From the NCBI GenBank assembly GCA_031411295.1, contig JANOAV010000066.1, positions 1-45,086 of the forward strand: a stretch of DNA of 45,086 bases, written 5' to 3'. The translations under genes and the position numbers were made by a program. Position 1 is the first letter of the stretch; each line of letters opens with the position of its first letter. Under the pieces are notes generated by a model, which worked only from the letters and a program-made list of their open reading frames with translations, ran no database searches and was not told the origin of the DNA. Shown here in pieces: positions 10,211 to 21,300 of this stretch. The DNA comes from Verrucomicrobiales bacterium (GTDB lineage: Bacteria; Verrucomicrobiota; Verrucomicrobiia; Verrucomicrobiales; V1-33).

Positions 10211-13200
10211 TTAAGGAAGATCGAAACGAAAGAAGAGCCGATCCGGTTGCGGGCCCACTGGATTGGCCTGCCAAGTGGACAGCAGGTGGCCATTGGGCAG
10301 CAGTTGTCGCTTTGTGAGTTTTAGCGGGACGGTCCACAGCGTGAGTTCTTCCGAAGCCACTGGCTGAGGGTTTGCACTATCCGTTCCGTTGGCATGCTCC
10401 AAGGTGACACTGAAGCCAGCTAGTGGATCATTGATCATGGCCATGGGCACGGGATTGGCCAGGCTGTCACTGGTGCCTAGCGCGAATTCCATGCGGCCGT
10501 TGAGGCCATCGCCATCGGCATCCGCCGTGGGATTTCCGGTGAATGGGATCGCATCGCCTGCATTGGGATTCCCATTTAGACCTTGGCTCACGCGCCAGTT
10601 GGCGGGATTGTTGTGATCAATGCCGACCTGTGGATTAATCAGGATCAAGCTGTGACCATTGCCGTCCGCCGCATTGGGCCAGGGCGATTTCCCATCGTAA
10701 GTGAAATCCACCAGCGTCGTGGTGCCATCCGCTGCCAAGATCCAAACGCGCTCGCCCCCATTATCAAAGGAGCCAAGGTAAATCCCCCCGAGCGATGCGG
10801 ACCAGCCTTGGATTCGTTGAAATGTCAGTTCGCTATCCACCAGCACCAGCCGCTGGCCAGGTGCCAATGCGGTATCGCGATTGGTGGGGAATTGGAAGGT
10901 TACTCCAGCGCCAAATTTCACGCCCCGCAAATTGATAGCCCCATTGGAAACATTCATCAGCTCGATAAATTCACCATCGTCATCACCACTAGGGTTATAG
11001 TGGAGTTCCGATACCGCCAGCGCGCCCACTGGACAAGCCGCCGCGCCCACTTGATAAAACGTCTCCTGCAAACCGCTCCACTCCTTGGTGGTGGGGTTGT
11101 AAGTGCGCGCCTTCACCAGGGTGCTGGAAGTTAACGGCAGTGCGCTGGAATAGGTCTGGGCAGCCAGTGCAAGCCCCTGGGGACCTTGGTTTCCGTAAAG
11201 CTCAACCCCCAGCAGGAAATCATCATCCGCTGCGCTAACGTTCAGTCCTTGGATGGCCAGGACATTGGGACCCACGACTAGGGTCGAAATGAACGGTGCC
11301 AAATTTACAACGTCACCTGCCAGGGCTGTAGCATCCGCCGTAGCCGCCGTGGCGGTGGCATTCCCGGAAAGGAAAGCAGCCGAGTTCCGCCCTGCGATCC
11401 GCACTCCGTTGAGATAGACCGCATAGCCATCGTCCGACTTTACGCGCAGTTCCAGCGCTTGGAGCGCGGCCTTTTCGCCAGCAGTGACATTGAAGGTGAA
11501 CCGCTGGTAAACACTGGCATTCACACCGCTCATCTCTCCTCCAAGGTTTTTTACGATGCCAGGCAGCAAGGTATCGCCCGGGGGAGCAAAGCCAATTGCG
11601 CCCGTCGCATCCGACCAAGAGCCATCATTGAATCCCAGCAAATTCCAAGTCACTCCAGGCACACTTGCGGTGCCAGCGGCCAAGCTCGAAATCTCCGCCA
11701 GCGTAAGCCCACGATTGTAAATGCGCACATCGTCAATCTGACCGTAGAAGTAGCGGGCATCGCCTGGGCCACGTGAGCCGATGGCCCATCCGGCTGCTGC
11801 TGCGGGCGTGCCGTTGGCGCTCGCTACACTGTTCAAGACCGCGCCATTGCGATACAAGATCCATGCAGCGCCATCATAGACCAAGGCCAAATGAGCATAG
11901 CGCCCCACATCGCTGAAGGCCGATCCCGTTCCGGTGGCTGGACCGGACACCAGCACAGAAGTGCCGCCATTGATCGTAAAACCACCTTCATACGCTCCCG
12001 CATTGATGCGCAGGAACGTTTCCCCATTGGGAGCGGTCACGGCATCGGTGCCCTTGGAAATAATGGTGCGCAGACCCGTGATGGAAGTTGGTTTCACCCA
12101 AGCCGCCAGCGTAATATTTCCCGTGATGCGCAGTCCCGTCGGATTGCCAATTTGAATGTTATCATTGGATCCATCGAAGCTGGCGGCTCCCCCGCCCAGT
12201 CTGCCTGGAGTTACAAAGGCCACGCCATTGTTCGCGCTACCCAAATAGCCATTGATGGTGTCTTGCGCGTTGATGTTCAGAGGGAAATGCGCTGCTAGAT
12301 TAGCGATGTCCGGTGCCACCACGCCATCATTGGGACCTGTGGGGACGCGATATTTCCCTGCGGTGGCAGCCGTGACGTAAGGTGTATTTAATGGCGCGGC
12401 AATCGGCACGCGAGGATCAGAACCATCCGTGGTGTAGTAAAGAATCCCGCCGGACGTGGTGGTGGAAATTTGCAGATTCGATCCACTGGCCACCACCCCT
12501 GGCGGCAAGTTAAACACTGGAGGTGTGGTGGCAGGGTAGAATCCAGCGCCGGTGTAAGTAGCCAACACATCCGTGGTCCGATTCGCAAATGCAGCCACGC
12601 ACGCATCTCGATAGGCCTGCCAGCTTGCGGCCGCAGGCGGGGTGGCTCCACTCCAGGTGATATAGTTCCAACGGGCAGCTTCCAAGCGCATTGAATTCGT
12701 GATCGTGTTGCAAAGCTCCGTCAGGCGGGCTGCATTCGCTGCGGGCGTCATCGCTCCACCTGACGTAACGTAGGACCGCTGGATACGATCCGCCAGCAGC
12801 GCCCGATAATCCGCCCCACCATCGCGAAACAGCATGGAGAACAAACTTCCCGGACCATCGCCATTCGCCTTTCCCGGTGTGGTGCGCGTGGTGCGGTTGA
12901 GCACATTTACGCCATACGGAGCATACGGCAGATACCCGTCCGCATCATTCAGAATGAACTTGAAGCCATGGCCAAAACCCAGCGGGCCGGAGACCCGATA
13001 CTCGTCCTCCGACCGGCCGAACATCCACATAATCATGTAGTCAATATACTGCGGCACGTCCACATAGGGGCGTAGCTTGTCGTAAACATTCCCCCCGGAC
13101 CGCGCCAGCGCCTTCACCTGCTCCCACTGCGCGCCCGTGCCATCGTAAGGCAGGCCGGGATCCGCCCAGCCACCGACATTGAGATTGCCATTCACGGATT

Positions 13201-15256
13201 CATAATCCGTGGACTGACCGCCATAGTAAGCGGACATCATATCCGCCGACCACCGTTCCCGCAATTGATGCACGCCCCAGTAAACCCCATTGATATAAAA
13301 ATGGACAAAGCGCGAGTGCGCTCCCAGCGATCCCATGTCCAGCATGGTCGCATCCGTGAACGCATTCGACATGTAGAAGCCGCGTTGACTCATGTCATGG
13401 GAACCATTGCGCACCTCCAGTTGATCGAATTCATCTACTGCGGCAAACCCACGATCAAACCCTGCGAACAGAGGAAACTTCAGCTTCCCTGCGCCATAGT
13501 CCCCCTTGAAAGAAATGCGATAGCTCTTCTTCGCGAAATTCGTAAAGGCGCCCCCGAACAACTGTGCCCCGCAAGGAATCTGGAACGTCGGCCCGCCCGC
13601 AGGGTCCAGCCATTCCAGCGTGGCTAGTTTGTCTTCACCGCCGTCAATGGTCACTCCAGGTCCTACTGTTAGGCTCATGGACGGCACCTCCTTCAAAGCC
13701 GTCTCCACTTCGGTGTCCGTCATGTTCGCGATTGTAGCCGCTTGCAGGAAACCCTTGGCTGCCGCCGTGGCGCGCACATCTGCGGGGAAAACATACGTTT
13801 GCGTGTCGGTATTCGTCGGCACCCAAGTTGGCTTAAATGCAGCCGCCTTTAGCACCAAAGTCGTGCTCACAGCCACCGGCCCTGTATAAACCGTGCCCGT
13901 TGTTGCGGTGGGCGTGGACCCATCCAGCGTATAGCGAATCTCCGCATCCAAAGTGGCGGAAGTAATCGCCACCGATTGTTGCGCAGTGTAGATGCCGCGT
14001 TTCACACTGAAAACGGTATCGCGCACCACGCCATCAAAGCGCGTGCCATTAGGCGCCCCGGGTGTTGGCACAAAATAGCCAGGAGTCCCCGCCGCTATGC
14101 CGTAGCTCCGATCTTGCCGCTGCTGCGGATACACTAACGACGCTGGGTAGTTCACAGGAATCTGACTAATCACGCTAACACCGTCCTTGCCAATCAAGCC
14201 CAAGTATTCCCCCTCCGTCGCGAGCGAAAAATTCGTATGCGGCACATCCAAGCCCGGTGCTGGGCTCGTCGTATTCGAGGCCCAGACAATCGCGAATCCA
14301 TTCCCCGGCACTGTGAAATCGGGAAACTTCCATTTCACCAAATTGGCCGCATTGTCCGTTAAGTAATAGTCCTTCAAATTCAGCGCAAACGCATTGGGGT
14401 TAGCAAATTCAATCCAGTCCGATCGATTCCCATTCTGGTCCTTAATGCCACCCACATTGCTGGCCAAGAATTCAGAAATAAATGGTGGCAACTCCGCTTC
14501 ATCAACCCCGATCGTCACTGGGAGAATCACCTGTCCAGCTCCATTACTGGCTGTCAGCGTGTAAGTCGTCGTCACGTTAGGAGAAACCGTGACCGATCCC
14601 GTTGGCCCCGTGATGGAGCCAATTCCTTGATCAATCGACAGCGCAGTATAGCCCGCCACATTCCAAGAGAGCACCGCCTGGGTCGGTTTCCCGGGCGCCC
14701 CGGTCTTCGTAATATTTCCTGCATCGGGCCCGAAATATTTCACCGTGGGCTTGGGGGCTTCGAACACCTCGATTTCCCCAATCTGCGGAGCCGTGAGCGT
14801 ATTCCCCACATTCGTCAGTCGCACATATCGCCCGCGGAAATTCCCCGTTGGATTGAGATTGCCAGTAATAATATCCACCGATCCCTGCACATTATTCGAC
14901 CCATCCGCCCGAATCTCATACCCCCAGCGCTCCACCCCAGGCGCACCGCCGTTGTCCGAATAAACCGCCATCCGCACCTTCGAAAGCTTGTTCGCTCCGT
15001 CGTTCACTTTGCTATAAAGATAGATGGCCTGGATCGGAAATTCCGCGCCCAAATCAATCTGATAGTAAAACCCGATCGAGCCCGCCGCCGTGGGAGCCGT
15101 AGAAGTGGAAGAATCCCCATCCGTGACTAACGAGGCCGCCCCGGTTACGGGGCCCGAAGCAATGACAGGCTTCTGAGAAGCAATGTTCGTATCGCCCGCC
15201 CGTCCGAGGGACAAGGCAGCACAACAAAAAATGAAAACGTAGAGGAATGATTTCAT
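10211..15256 (-). CDS. Secreted multidomain protein: discoidin/F5-8-like, lamin-tail x2, chitobiase/Fn3-associated, CotH kinase-like, LamG-like
   Basis: Start placed at MKSFLYVF (15256, signal peptide). Motifs: YYQIDLG; ISEFLASN..SDWIEF; IRYTLDGSTPT; KKSYRISF..YINGVYWGVHQLRER; ITLAAWVKP..GQIDDVRIYNRGL; VSELHYNP..EFIEL. Confidence 0.85.
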   Translation of the reverse strand: MKSFLYVFIFCCAALSLGRAGDTNIASQKPVIASGPVTGAASLVTDGDSSTSTAPTAAGSIGFYYQIDLGAEFPIQAIYLYSKVNDGANKLSKVRMAVYSDNGGAPGVERWGYEIRADGSNNVQGSVDIITGNLNPTGNFRGRYVRLTNVGNTLTAPQIGEIEVFEAPKPTVKYFGPDAGNITKTGAPGKPTQAVLSWNVAGYTALSIDQGIGSITGPTGSVTVSPNVTTTYTLTASNGAGQVILPVTIGVDEAELPPFISEFLASNVGGIKDQNGNRSDWIEFANPNAFALNLKDYYLTDNAANLVKWKFPDFTVPGNGFAIVWASNTTSPAPGLDVPHTNFSLATEGEYLGLIGKDGVSVISQIPVNYPASLVYPQQRQDRSYGIAAGTPGYFVPTPGAPNGTRFDGVVRDTVFSVKRGIYTAQQSVAITSATLDAEIRYTLDGSTPTATTGTVYTGPVAVSTTLVLKAAAFKPTWVPTNTDTQTYVFPADVRATAAAKGFLQAATIANMTDTEVETALKEVPSMSLTVGPGVTIDGGEDKLATLEWLDPAGGPTFQIPCGAQLFGGAFTNFAKKSYRISFKGDYGAGKLKFPLFAGFDRGFAAVDEFDQLEVRNGSHDMSQRGFYMSNAFTDATMLDMGSLGAHSRFVHFYINGVYWGVHQLRERWSADMMSAYYGGQSTDYESVNGNLNVGGWADPGLPYDGTGAQWEQVKALARSGGNVYDKLRPYVDVPQYIDYMIMWMFGRSEDEYRVSGPLGFGHGFKFILNDADGYLPYAPYGVNVLNRTTRTTPGKANGDGPGSLFSMLFRDGGADYRALLADRIQRSYVTSGGAMTPAANAARLTELCNTITNSMRLEAARWNYITWSGATPPAAASWQAYRDACVAAFANRTTDVLATYTGAGFYPATTPPVFNLPPGVVASGSNLQISTTTSGGILYYTTDGSDPRVPIAAPLNTPYVTAATAGKYRVPTGPNDGVVAPDIANLAAHFPLNINAQDTINGYLGSANNGVAFVTPGRLGGGAASFDGSNDNIQIGNPTGLRITGNITLAAWVKPTSITGLRTIISKGTDAVTAPNGETFLRINAGAYEGGFTINGGTSVLVSGPATGTGSAFSDVGRYAHLALVYDGAAWILYRNGAVLNSVASANGTPAAAAGWAIGSRGPGDARYFYGQIDDVRIYNRGLTLAEISSLAAGTASVPGVTWNLLGFNDGSWSDATGAIGFAPPGDTLLPGIVKNLGGEMSGVNASVYQRFTFNVTAGEKAALQALELRVKSDDGYAVYLNGVRIAGRNSAAFLSGNATATAATADATALAGDVVNLAPFISTLVVGPNVLAIQGLNVSAADDDFLLGVELYGNQGPQGLALAAQTYSSALPLTSSTLVKARTYNPTTKEWSGLQETFYQVGAAACPVGALAVSELHYNPSGDDDGEFIELMNVSNGAINLRGVKFGAGVTFQFPTNRDTALAPGQRLVLVDSELTFQRIQGWSASLGGIYLGSFDNGGERVWILAADGTTTLVDFTYDGKSPWPNAADGNGHSLILINPQVGIDHNNPANWRVSQGLNGNPNAGDAIPFTGNPTADADGDGLNGRMEFALGTSDSLANPVPMAMINDPLAGFSVTLEHANGTDSANPQPVASEELTLWTVPLKLTKRQLLPNGHLLSTWQANPVGPQPDRLFFRFDLP

Positions 15257-15623
15257 GGCAGGGGAGGAAAGCGAAAATGATGGAGGATAATCCCGTGCCT
15301 TCCTGCGCCAGACCAGCGCCTTCAACACGAGGATGGCTGATTATCTAATATCCTCCGTGTTCGCGTCGAGTAAATTCCAGAAAATATTTATGCCAAGTTG
15401 GCCAAGCAAGCAGGGTGGATCGACCAATGTGACAGATCATTAGCTCCCGCCCCCAATGGAAGCTGGCCGCCGACATAGACTCATCGGGATGGTCCACCCG
15501 CAGCCTAAAGCGGCTGAGATCCCGACTGCCAGCCATCCTTCCCAGTTGGCGCGAAGCGGTAGCATTTCCTGCTTGCACCTACGCCGAAAAACTTTTGATA
15601 TTCACACAATCCATTGAATCATT

Positions 15624-16727
15624 ATGAAAGATTTTTCCCGTCGCTCCTTCCTTCGCACTGGTTCCGCCCTGCTACCGCTTACCGACTTCAGCCGAGCAGA
15701 GCCTGCCGCCCCACAGATCCCAGCCAACCCGGCTGAGAAGAGTAAATCGACTGACGTGTATGCAGATGCAAAGTTTGTGGATGGCCCACCACCGACTCCT
15801 GCCGCCGGAGCCTTCACGATTGTAGCCCTACCCGATACCCAGAACTACAAAGGTCAGCACACGGCGGGATACGCCGCCCAGACCCGGTGGATTGTGGAAC
15901 AACAGGCCGCCCGCCGCATCGCCTGCGTGCTGCACCTGGGAGACATCACCAATGACAACCTCCCCGTGCAGTGGGAAAACGCCGTGCATTCAATGAAATT
16001 GCTTGATGGCAAGGTGCCCTATTTCATGGTGCCGGGCAATCACGACTACGGCAAGGGTGGTGGAGCAACTGACCGCACGACCCTCTTCAGCCAATACTTT
16101 CCTCCGGCAGATTGGAAACGGCTCGCCACCTTTGGCGGTTTCTATGACCAGGAACCCCTGCGGGTGGAGAATAGTTATCATTTTTTCTCCGCCGCCGGGA
16201 GAAAATTCATCGTCCTCTGCCTGGAATTCGGGCCACGGCGGGATGTGGTGCGTTGGGCCAACGAGGTGATGGCGAAGCATCATCACTTGGAAGCCATTCT
16301 GGTAACCCACGTCTTCACTTACTCCGACAATACCCGTTACGATCAGCAGAAATATGGCACGAAGCAAAACTGGAATCCCCACGTCTATGGACTCGCCAAG
16401 GCCAGCCAGGGTGATGTCTGCGACGGCCAGGAACTTTGGGAACGCCTCGTCAGCAAGCATCCGAACTTTATTTTCACCATCAACGGCCATGTGCTTAACG
16501 ACGGTCTGGGGCGCCTGACCAGCCCGGTGGCTGCGGGCCGGGAGGTGGCACAGATGCTCGTAAACTTCCAGATGAAACCGAAGGGAGGAGATGGCTGGCT
16601 CCGGGTGATTGAGATGCGTCCAGACCACACGATGATGATCTACGACTACTCCCCCACCCGCAACCAAACGAACGCTTCCGAGCAGAACCAGTTCTCGATG
16701 AAGTTGTCGCCTCTTGCCAAAGTCTAA
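15624..16727 (+). CDS. Tat-exported calcineurin-like metallophosphoesterase
   Basis: SRRSFLR twin-arginine motif; LPDTQ, HLGD, GNHD, LVTH, NGH metal-binding motifs. Confidence 0.9.
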   Translation: MKDFSRRSFLRTGSALLPLTDFSRAEPAAPQIPANPAEKSKSTDVYADAKFVDGPPPTPAAGAFTIVALPDTQNYKGQHTAGYAAQTRWIVEQQAARRIACVLHLGDITNDNLPVQWENAVHSMKLLDGKVPYFMVPGNHDYGKGGGATDRTTLFSQYFPPADWKRLATFGGFYDQEPLRVENSYHFFSAAGRKFIVLCLEFGPRRDVVRWANEVMAKHHHLEAILVTHVFTYSDNTRYDQQKYGTKQNWNPHVYGLAKASQGDVCDGQELWERLVSKHPNFIFTINGHVLNDGLGRLTSPVAAGREVAQMLVNFQMKPKGGDGWLRVIEMRPDHTMMIYDYSPTRNQTNASEQNQFSMKLSPLAKV

Positions 16728-18095
16728 TTAAGGCTTGGCTGCGATCGGTTTGATCTTAATATTGCGGAAACTCACCTGCCCATGGTCTCCTTGCAGGGCC
16801 AGGAAGCCTTTGTCGAATTTGGCGAACTTAGGCATGGCTCCGAATTTGCTGGCGGCTACCCGCTTGTTGAAGTCTTCGCTGCCCAACTGGTATTCGAAAT
16901 ATTTGTCTCCGTTAATCTCGTGCACAACCTTCTCCTTGGTGACTAGCAACCGCACGTGATTCCACTGACCGGCGGGTTTGGTGGCATCGCGTGGCTTGCC
17001 GGTGGCCGGGTCATTCTCTGGCTTATACAAGCCATAGAGCCAGCCACAGCGCTGCGGATCCGAGGCCTTGGCATTGTCTTCCAACTGGAATTCCGGTCCC
17101 GTCGCCCAGACGGCACCGCCATCTTCGGTGGCATGGAAAATAATGCCGCTGTTGCCCCCTTCGGAAATGTTGTAATCCAACTGGAGGTCGAACCAGTCAT
17201 ATTGATCTTTGGTGCAAAGATCGCTGGCATTGTGGGGATCCACGCACGCCAGCGTGCCATCCTTGACCTGCCAACCAGGTTTGATCGTCGTGGTTTTGAA
17301 ATTATGCCAACCGTCCAAGTCCTTACCATTAAACAGCATTTGCCAGCCGTCGGCTTTCTCCGCGTCGGTTAGGGTGTTTACGGGAGATTCGTTGAGCACC
17401 GTGGTGCCGGTCAGACTGGCTTTCCACGTGGCACCTAATTCCTGCACTGTTTTTCCCGTGATCGTTTGCCAGAGACCTTCCTCATATTTCCCTTCCCGCG
17501 CGGCCGTGTTGAGCTTGGACACTAACGTCGGATGTTGCGCCACCACCCAATTGATGAAATTGGCGGAGATGCGGTAGTTGCCATCGTAGTTTACCCGGAC
17601 GGCTTGTTTGGCGGAAAGCTCCGCTCCCTTGGATTGTGGTTCGTAGAGGAACCACCGAATATAGTCAGGAATCCCTTCGGTGATCCACCCGGGAACCTTA
17701 TTGCCACGGCCATACTGCTGAACCACGTGCACCAACTCATGAATCGTGCACCCCTTAGCTTCGCCCTGCAGATTCTTTTTATACCAATCGATATTGCAGC
17801 TCACCCGATTCCCCTGCGCCCACGCCGGAACGCCGTTCATCCCATCACGGAAGATGATGGTGACTTTATCAGGAGCCGTGAATCCATCGCTCTTGAGCAT
17901 TTCAACAATTTTTGGATACCATTCGGCCACAATCGGGGAAAGTTCCTTCTCTGACCACTCCGCCAATTCCGGAGCCGCCGCCGCGTCCACGGTGATCTCG
18001 GCCTTGTTGGCCGCATCTTTAAAGGTATGAGCAGAACTGGTGACCAGGCCAAGCCCAAGCATGGCGGCAGCGGAGAGAAGGTAATTTGGAGACAT
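16728..18095 (-). CDS. Basic secretory protein (BSP) family Zn-peptidase fused to DUF1080 (3-keto-disaccharide hydrolase family)
   Basis: Signal peptide; IHELVHVVQQY..WITEGIPDYIR; then NTLTDAEKADGWQMLFNGKDLDGW..GGNSGI..EFQLED..LQGDHG.VSFRNIKI. Confidence 0.85.
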   Translation of the reverse strand: MSPNYLLSAAAMLGLGLVTSSAHTFKDAANKAEITVDAAAAPELAEWSEKELSPIVAEWYPKIVEMLKSDGFTAPDKVTIIFRDGMNGVPAWAQGNRVSCNIDWYKKNLQGEAKGCTIHELVHVVQQYGRGNKVPGWITEGIPDYIRWFLYEPQSKGAELSAKQAVRVNYDGNYRISANFINWVVAQHPTLVSKLNTAAREGKYEEGLWQTITGKTVQELGATWKASLTGTTVLNESPVNTLTDAEKADGWQMLFNGKDLDGWHNFKTTTIKPGWQVKDGTLACVDPHNASDLCTKDQYDWFDLQLDYNISEGGNSGIIFHATEDGGAVWATGPEFQLEDNAKASDPQRCGWLYGLYKPENDPATGKPRDATKPAGQWNHVRLLVTKEKVVHEINGDKYFEYQLGSEDFNKRVAASKFGAMPKFAKFDKGFLALQGDHGQVSFRNIKIKPIAAKP

Positions 18096-18324
18096 GGAAC
18101 GAGAGTGGAGGCAGTCCGCTCGTATTGCAATCCTGCCGTCGCGCTAGACGCACTTGCGGAAGGCGGGACTGGCAGTATCTTTCGGAAGGCTGCGGCGTTA
18201 TCCCGTTTCGGTTGGCTGCTGGCAATCCTCGCTCGAATTTTTTTAACTAAATTTCGTAACGCACTGCCCGCCGCGACGCAGATAATGATGGACAGCACTA
18301 TTTCGAACCCAATCACTATCTGCT

Positions 18325-21300
18325 ATGAAATCACCCAATCGCTCCTTTTATCCCATCCTGCTTGCTTTGGCGGGTTGTTCCGTCTTAATCTTTCTGCTTT
18401 CGCGGGAACCGCAACGACCGATTGCGTCAGTCACTCCAGGATCTGGGGCGGTTGGGGTGCAAGCCACCCTGACAGCCCAAAACCCTAGTGCTGCGCCTGT
18501 GACTCCCGTGGTGACGCAACTGGCAGCGCCTACGTCTGCTCCCTTGATTAGCTTGGGAAGCAGCTCCTTTCAGGTATCCACGGACCCGGTGAGTAATGGT
18601 CGCACCTTTACCGCAGCGGAACCGACAGTGTTGTCTCTGCGGACGATTGTGGCGGGGGATAGATTTAGTTTCCCACTGCCGGACCGTGGCTTCGTGGAAG
18701 CGAAGATCAATGCGAGCCTCCAGGACTCGGATCGCCCAAGCCTGTGGACGATCGGTGGGGAGATCGGGAAGGAGGAGGGATCGCTTTACTTGGCCCAGGA
18801 CTCGGAGAGCGGGATGCTGTCCGGGGTGGTGATGTTCAGGGATAAACGCGAGGCTTGGGTTTATAATCGCACTGGCGCTGGTGGCTTGACCGTGGTGGAG
18901 CGGTTGGCTTCGGAAATTGTCTGCACGGGGGAGGATGGTTTGCCTCCGCTGGGATTTGGCGGCTCTGCTGCCTCTGCTACTGCTAGTGCTGCTGCACCTA
19001 ACAGCGGAGGTGGCGGGGTCGTCGCTCTGAATACAGGCACAGGGAATACGGTGCCGAATTGTTCGAGTCGGCCCACGGCTACGTCCGTGCTTTACATTGA
19101 TTTCGACCCAGGATCGGTCACGCAAACGTTCTGGAATTGCGGGCGGACGATCACTTATATTTCCGCTGGGATGACGGCTAATCAGATGGTCTCCATTTGG
19201 TCCCAGGTGTCAGAGAATTTTGCGCCCTTCGACGTTAACGTGACGACGAATCGCACGACTTACACCAACGCCACGGTAGGACGGCGGATGCGGTTCGTCA
19301 TGCCGAAGACTACTTGGAGTGGCAAGGATGCTGGCTTTGCAGCGATCGGCTCATTTCCTAACGCGGGTGGGTATTGGTCAGAGCGGTCCCGCCTGATTAA
19401 TAACATCGGACTCGATCTTCACAAAACCACCTACAATGGCAGCGGCACCTTGCCAGCCAATTGTGGGGTAATTCCCATCGCTTATCCCTCCGACATCGTT
19501 TGTTGGGGGTTTGCGGATCAATTTCTCACAACCACTGGCACGGTGCAGCAGCAAACCAACGCCTGTGCTCGCGTGGTCTCCCATGAGTTGGGCCATACGT
19601 TCGGTCTGCTGCACGAGAGCCTTGTTCTCACAGCGACAACCTATCAAGAATACTACCCAGGCCATGGTTCTGGGGTGGATCGCTGGAGTTCCATGATGGG
19701 CTATCAGTTCAATCCGATCGCGCATTGGAGTAAGGGAGAATACAGCCTGGCCCTCAATCGTGGCTGGGGAGTGAATCTATCCGGAGCCAATTTGTTCCAG
19801 GATGATTTGGCGATCATTGGCGCTGGGGTTACGGGAGGGGCCGGCAACGGCCTCCTAGCCGATGACAAAGGGAATACGATCGCCACGGCCGCTTTGCTCA
19901 CCATCGACGGCCTGGGAGCGGTAAATGACAAAGGCCTGATCACCAGCGAGACCGACACGGATTTCTTCCGCATCCCGATTGTCTCCGGCAGCGGGGTCAT
20001 CTCCCTTTCCATCGGACCAAAAGCGGAAGATCCCAATTTGGATGTTTATGTCGAATTACAGAATTCCTCCGGCACGGTGCTGGCCTCGAGCAATATCTCG
20101 GGGAGTCGGTCGGCCACCATCGGTCCGATCACGGTGGCCGCTGGCAATTACTATTTAAAAGTGGAAGGCAGCGCGGAGGGCACTGCCAGCACGGGTTGGA
20201 CGCGATATGGCAACCTGGGCAACTACGGCATCAATGGCAGTGTGACTGGTTCCGGAGGTGCCCCCGTCATCACGGCCAGCAGTCTGCCGCCCGACGGAAG
20301 TGTGGGCATTTCTTATTCCTTTCCACTGGCGGCCACGAATAATCCGACCAGCTACTATCTGGTCTCCGGGGTCTCGCCTCCAGGGTTGCTGCTGAGCGGC
20401 AACAGCCTGAATGGCATCCCCACCACGCAGGGGTGGTATAATTTTACGTTAGCCGCCGCCAATGGCCAGGGTGCGTCCTCCAAGTTCTTTACGATGTATG
20501 TGTTCGGCCCGTCCACACTTGATGAAGCGTTGGACGCCTATCCCATCGTTTGGACCAGCACGTCGCCTCCCAGCAGTCTGCCCGCCAGTCTCTGGCAAGG
20601 GCAACGGGCGATCAGCCACGATGGTAATGATGCCGCCCGCAGCGGCAGCATTGGCGCCAATTCCGAATCCATTCTCACCACGGATCTGAAGGGGCCGGGG
20701 AAACTGACCTTTTACTGGCGGACGAGTTCGCATACGAGTGATCGCCTGATCTTTAGACTGAACACCACGGAGCAATTTAACATCGGCGGAGAAACCGCCT
20801 GGGAACAGAAAACGGTGCTCATTACGGGTTCGGGGACCTACCCAGTCTCCTGGATCTATCGCACAGACCCTGGCACCACCGCTGGTCAGGACGCGGGCTT
20901 TGTCGATCAGGTGACCTATTTACAAAATCCTGATTTCCCCGCAGGGAATTTCTATGCCGGCGGCACCGTGGGGCAAGCGTTCTATTGGCCCATCGTGCTG
21001 GCAAATACGAATGTTCCCAACACTTGGACTCTGACGGGCGGAGCGCTGCCGCCGGGGATTACGTTGGATCCTAACACCGGGGTGCTCAATGGCACACCTA
21101 CCACCTTGGGCACGTATGACCCACAGATAACGGCCACCAATGCGGCGGGATCATCCACGACGTATCCCACGATTTACATTTATCCTGACATCTCGCTGGC
21201 GACGGCCTTGGATGCACCGGGGCTGACGTGGATCACGGGTGGGACCAATCCGTGGTTTGGCGATAACGTTGAGAAAAATGATGGGGTGGATGCCGCGCAT

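Noticed and set aside
15257..15328. Upstream extension of the CotH/LamG ORF
   Set aside because: The signal peptide begins at MKSFLY (15256).
18110..18180. Imperfect inverted repeat between divergent genes
   Set aside because: Too degenerate to call a REP, riboswitch or terminator.
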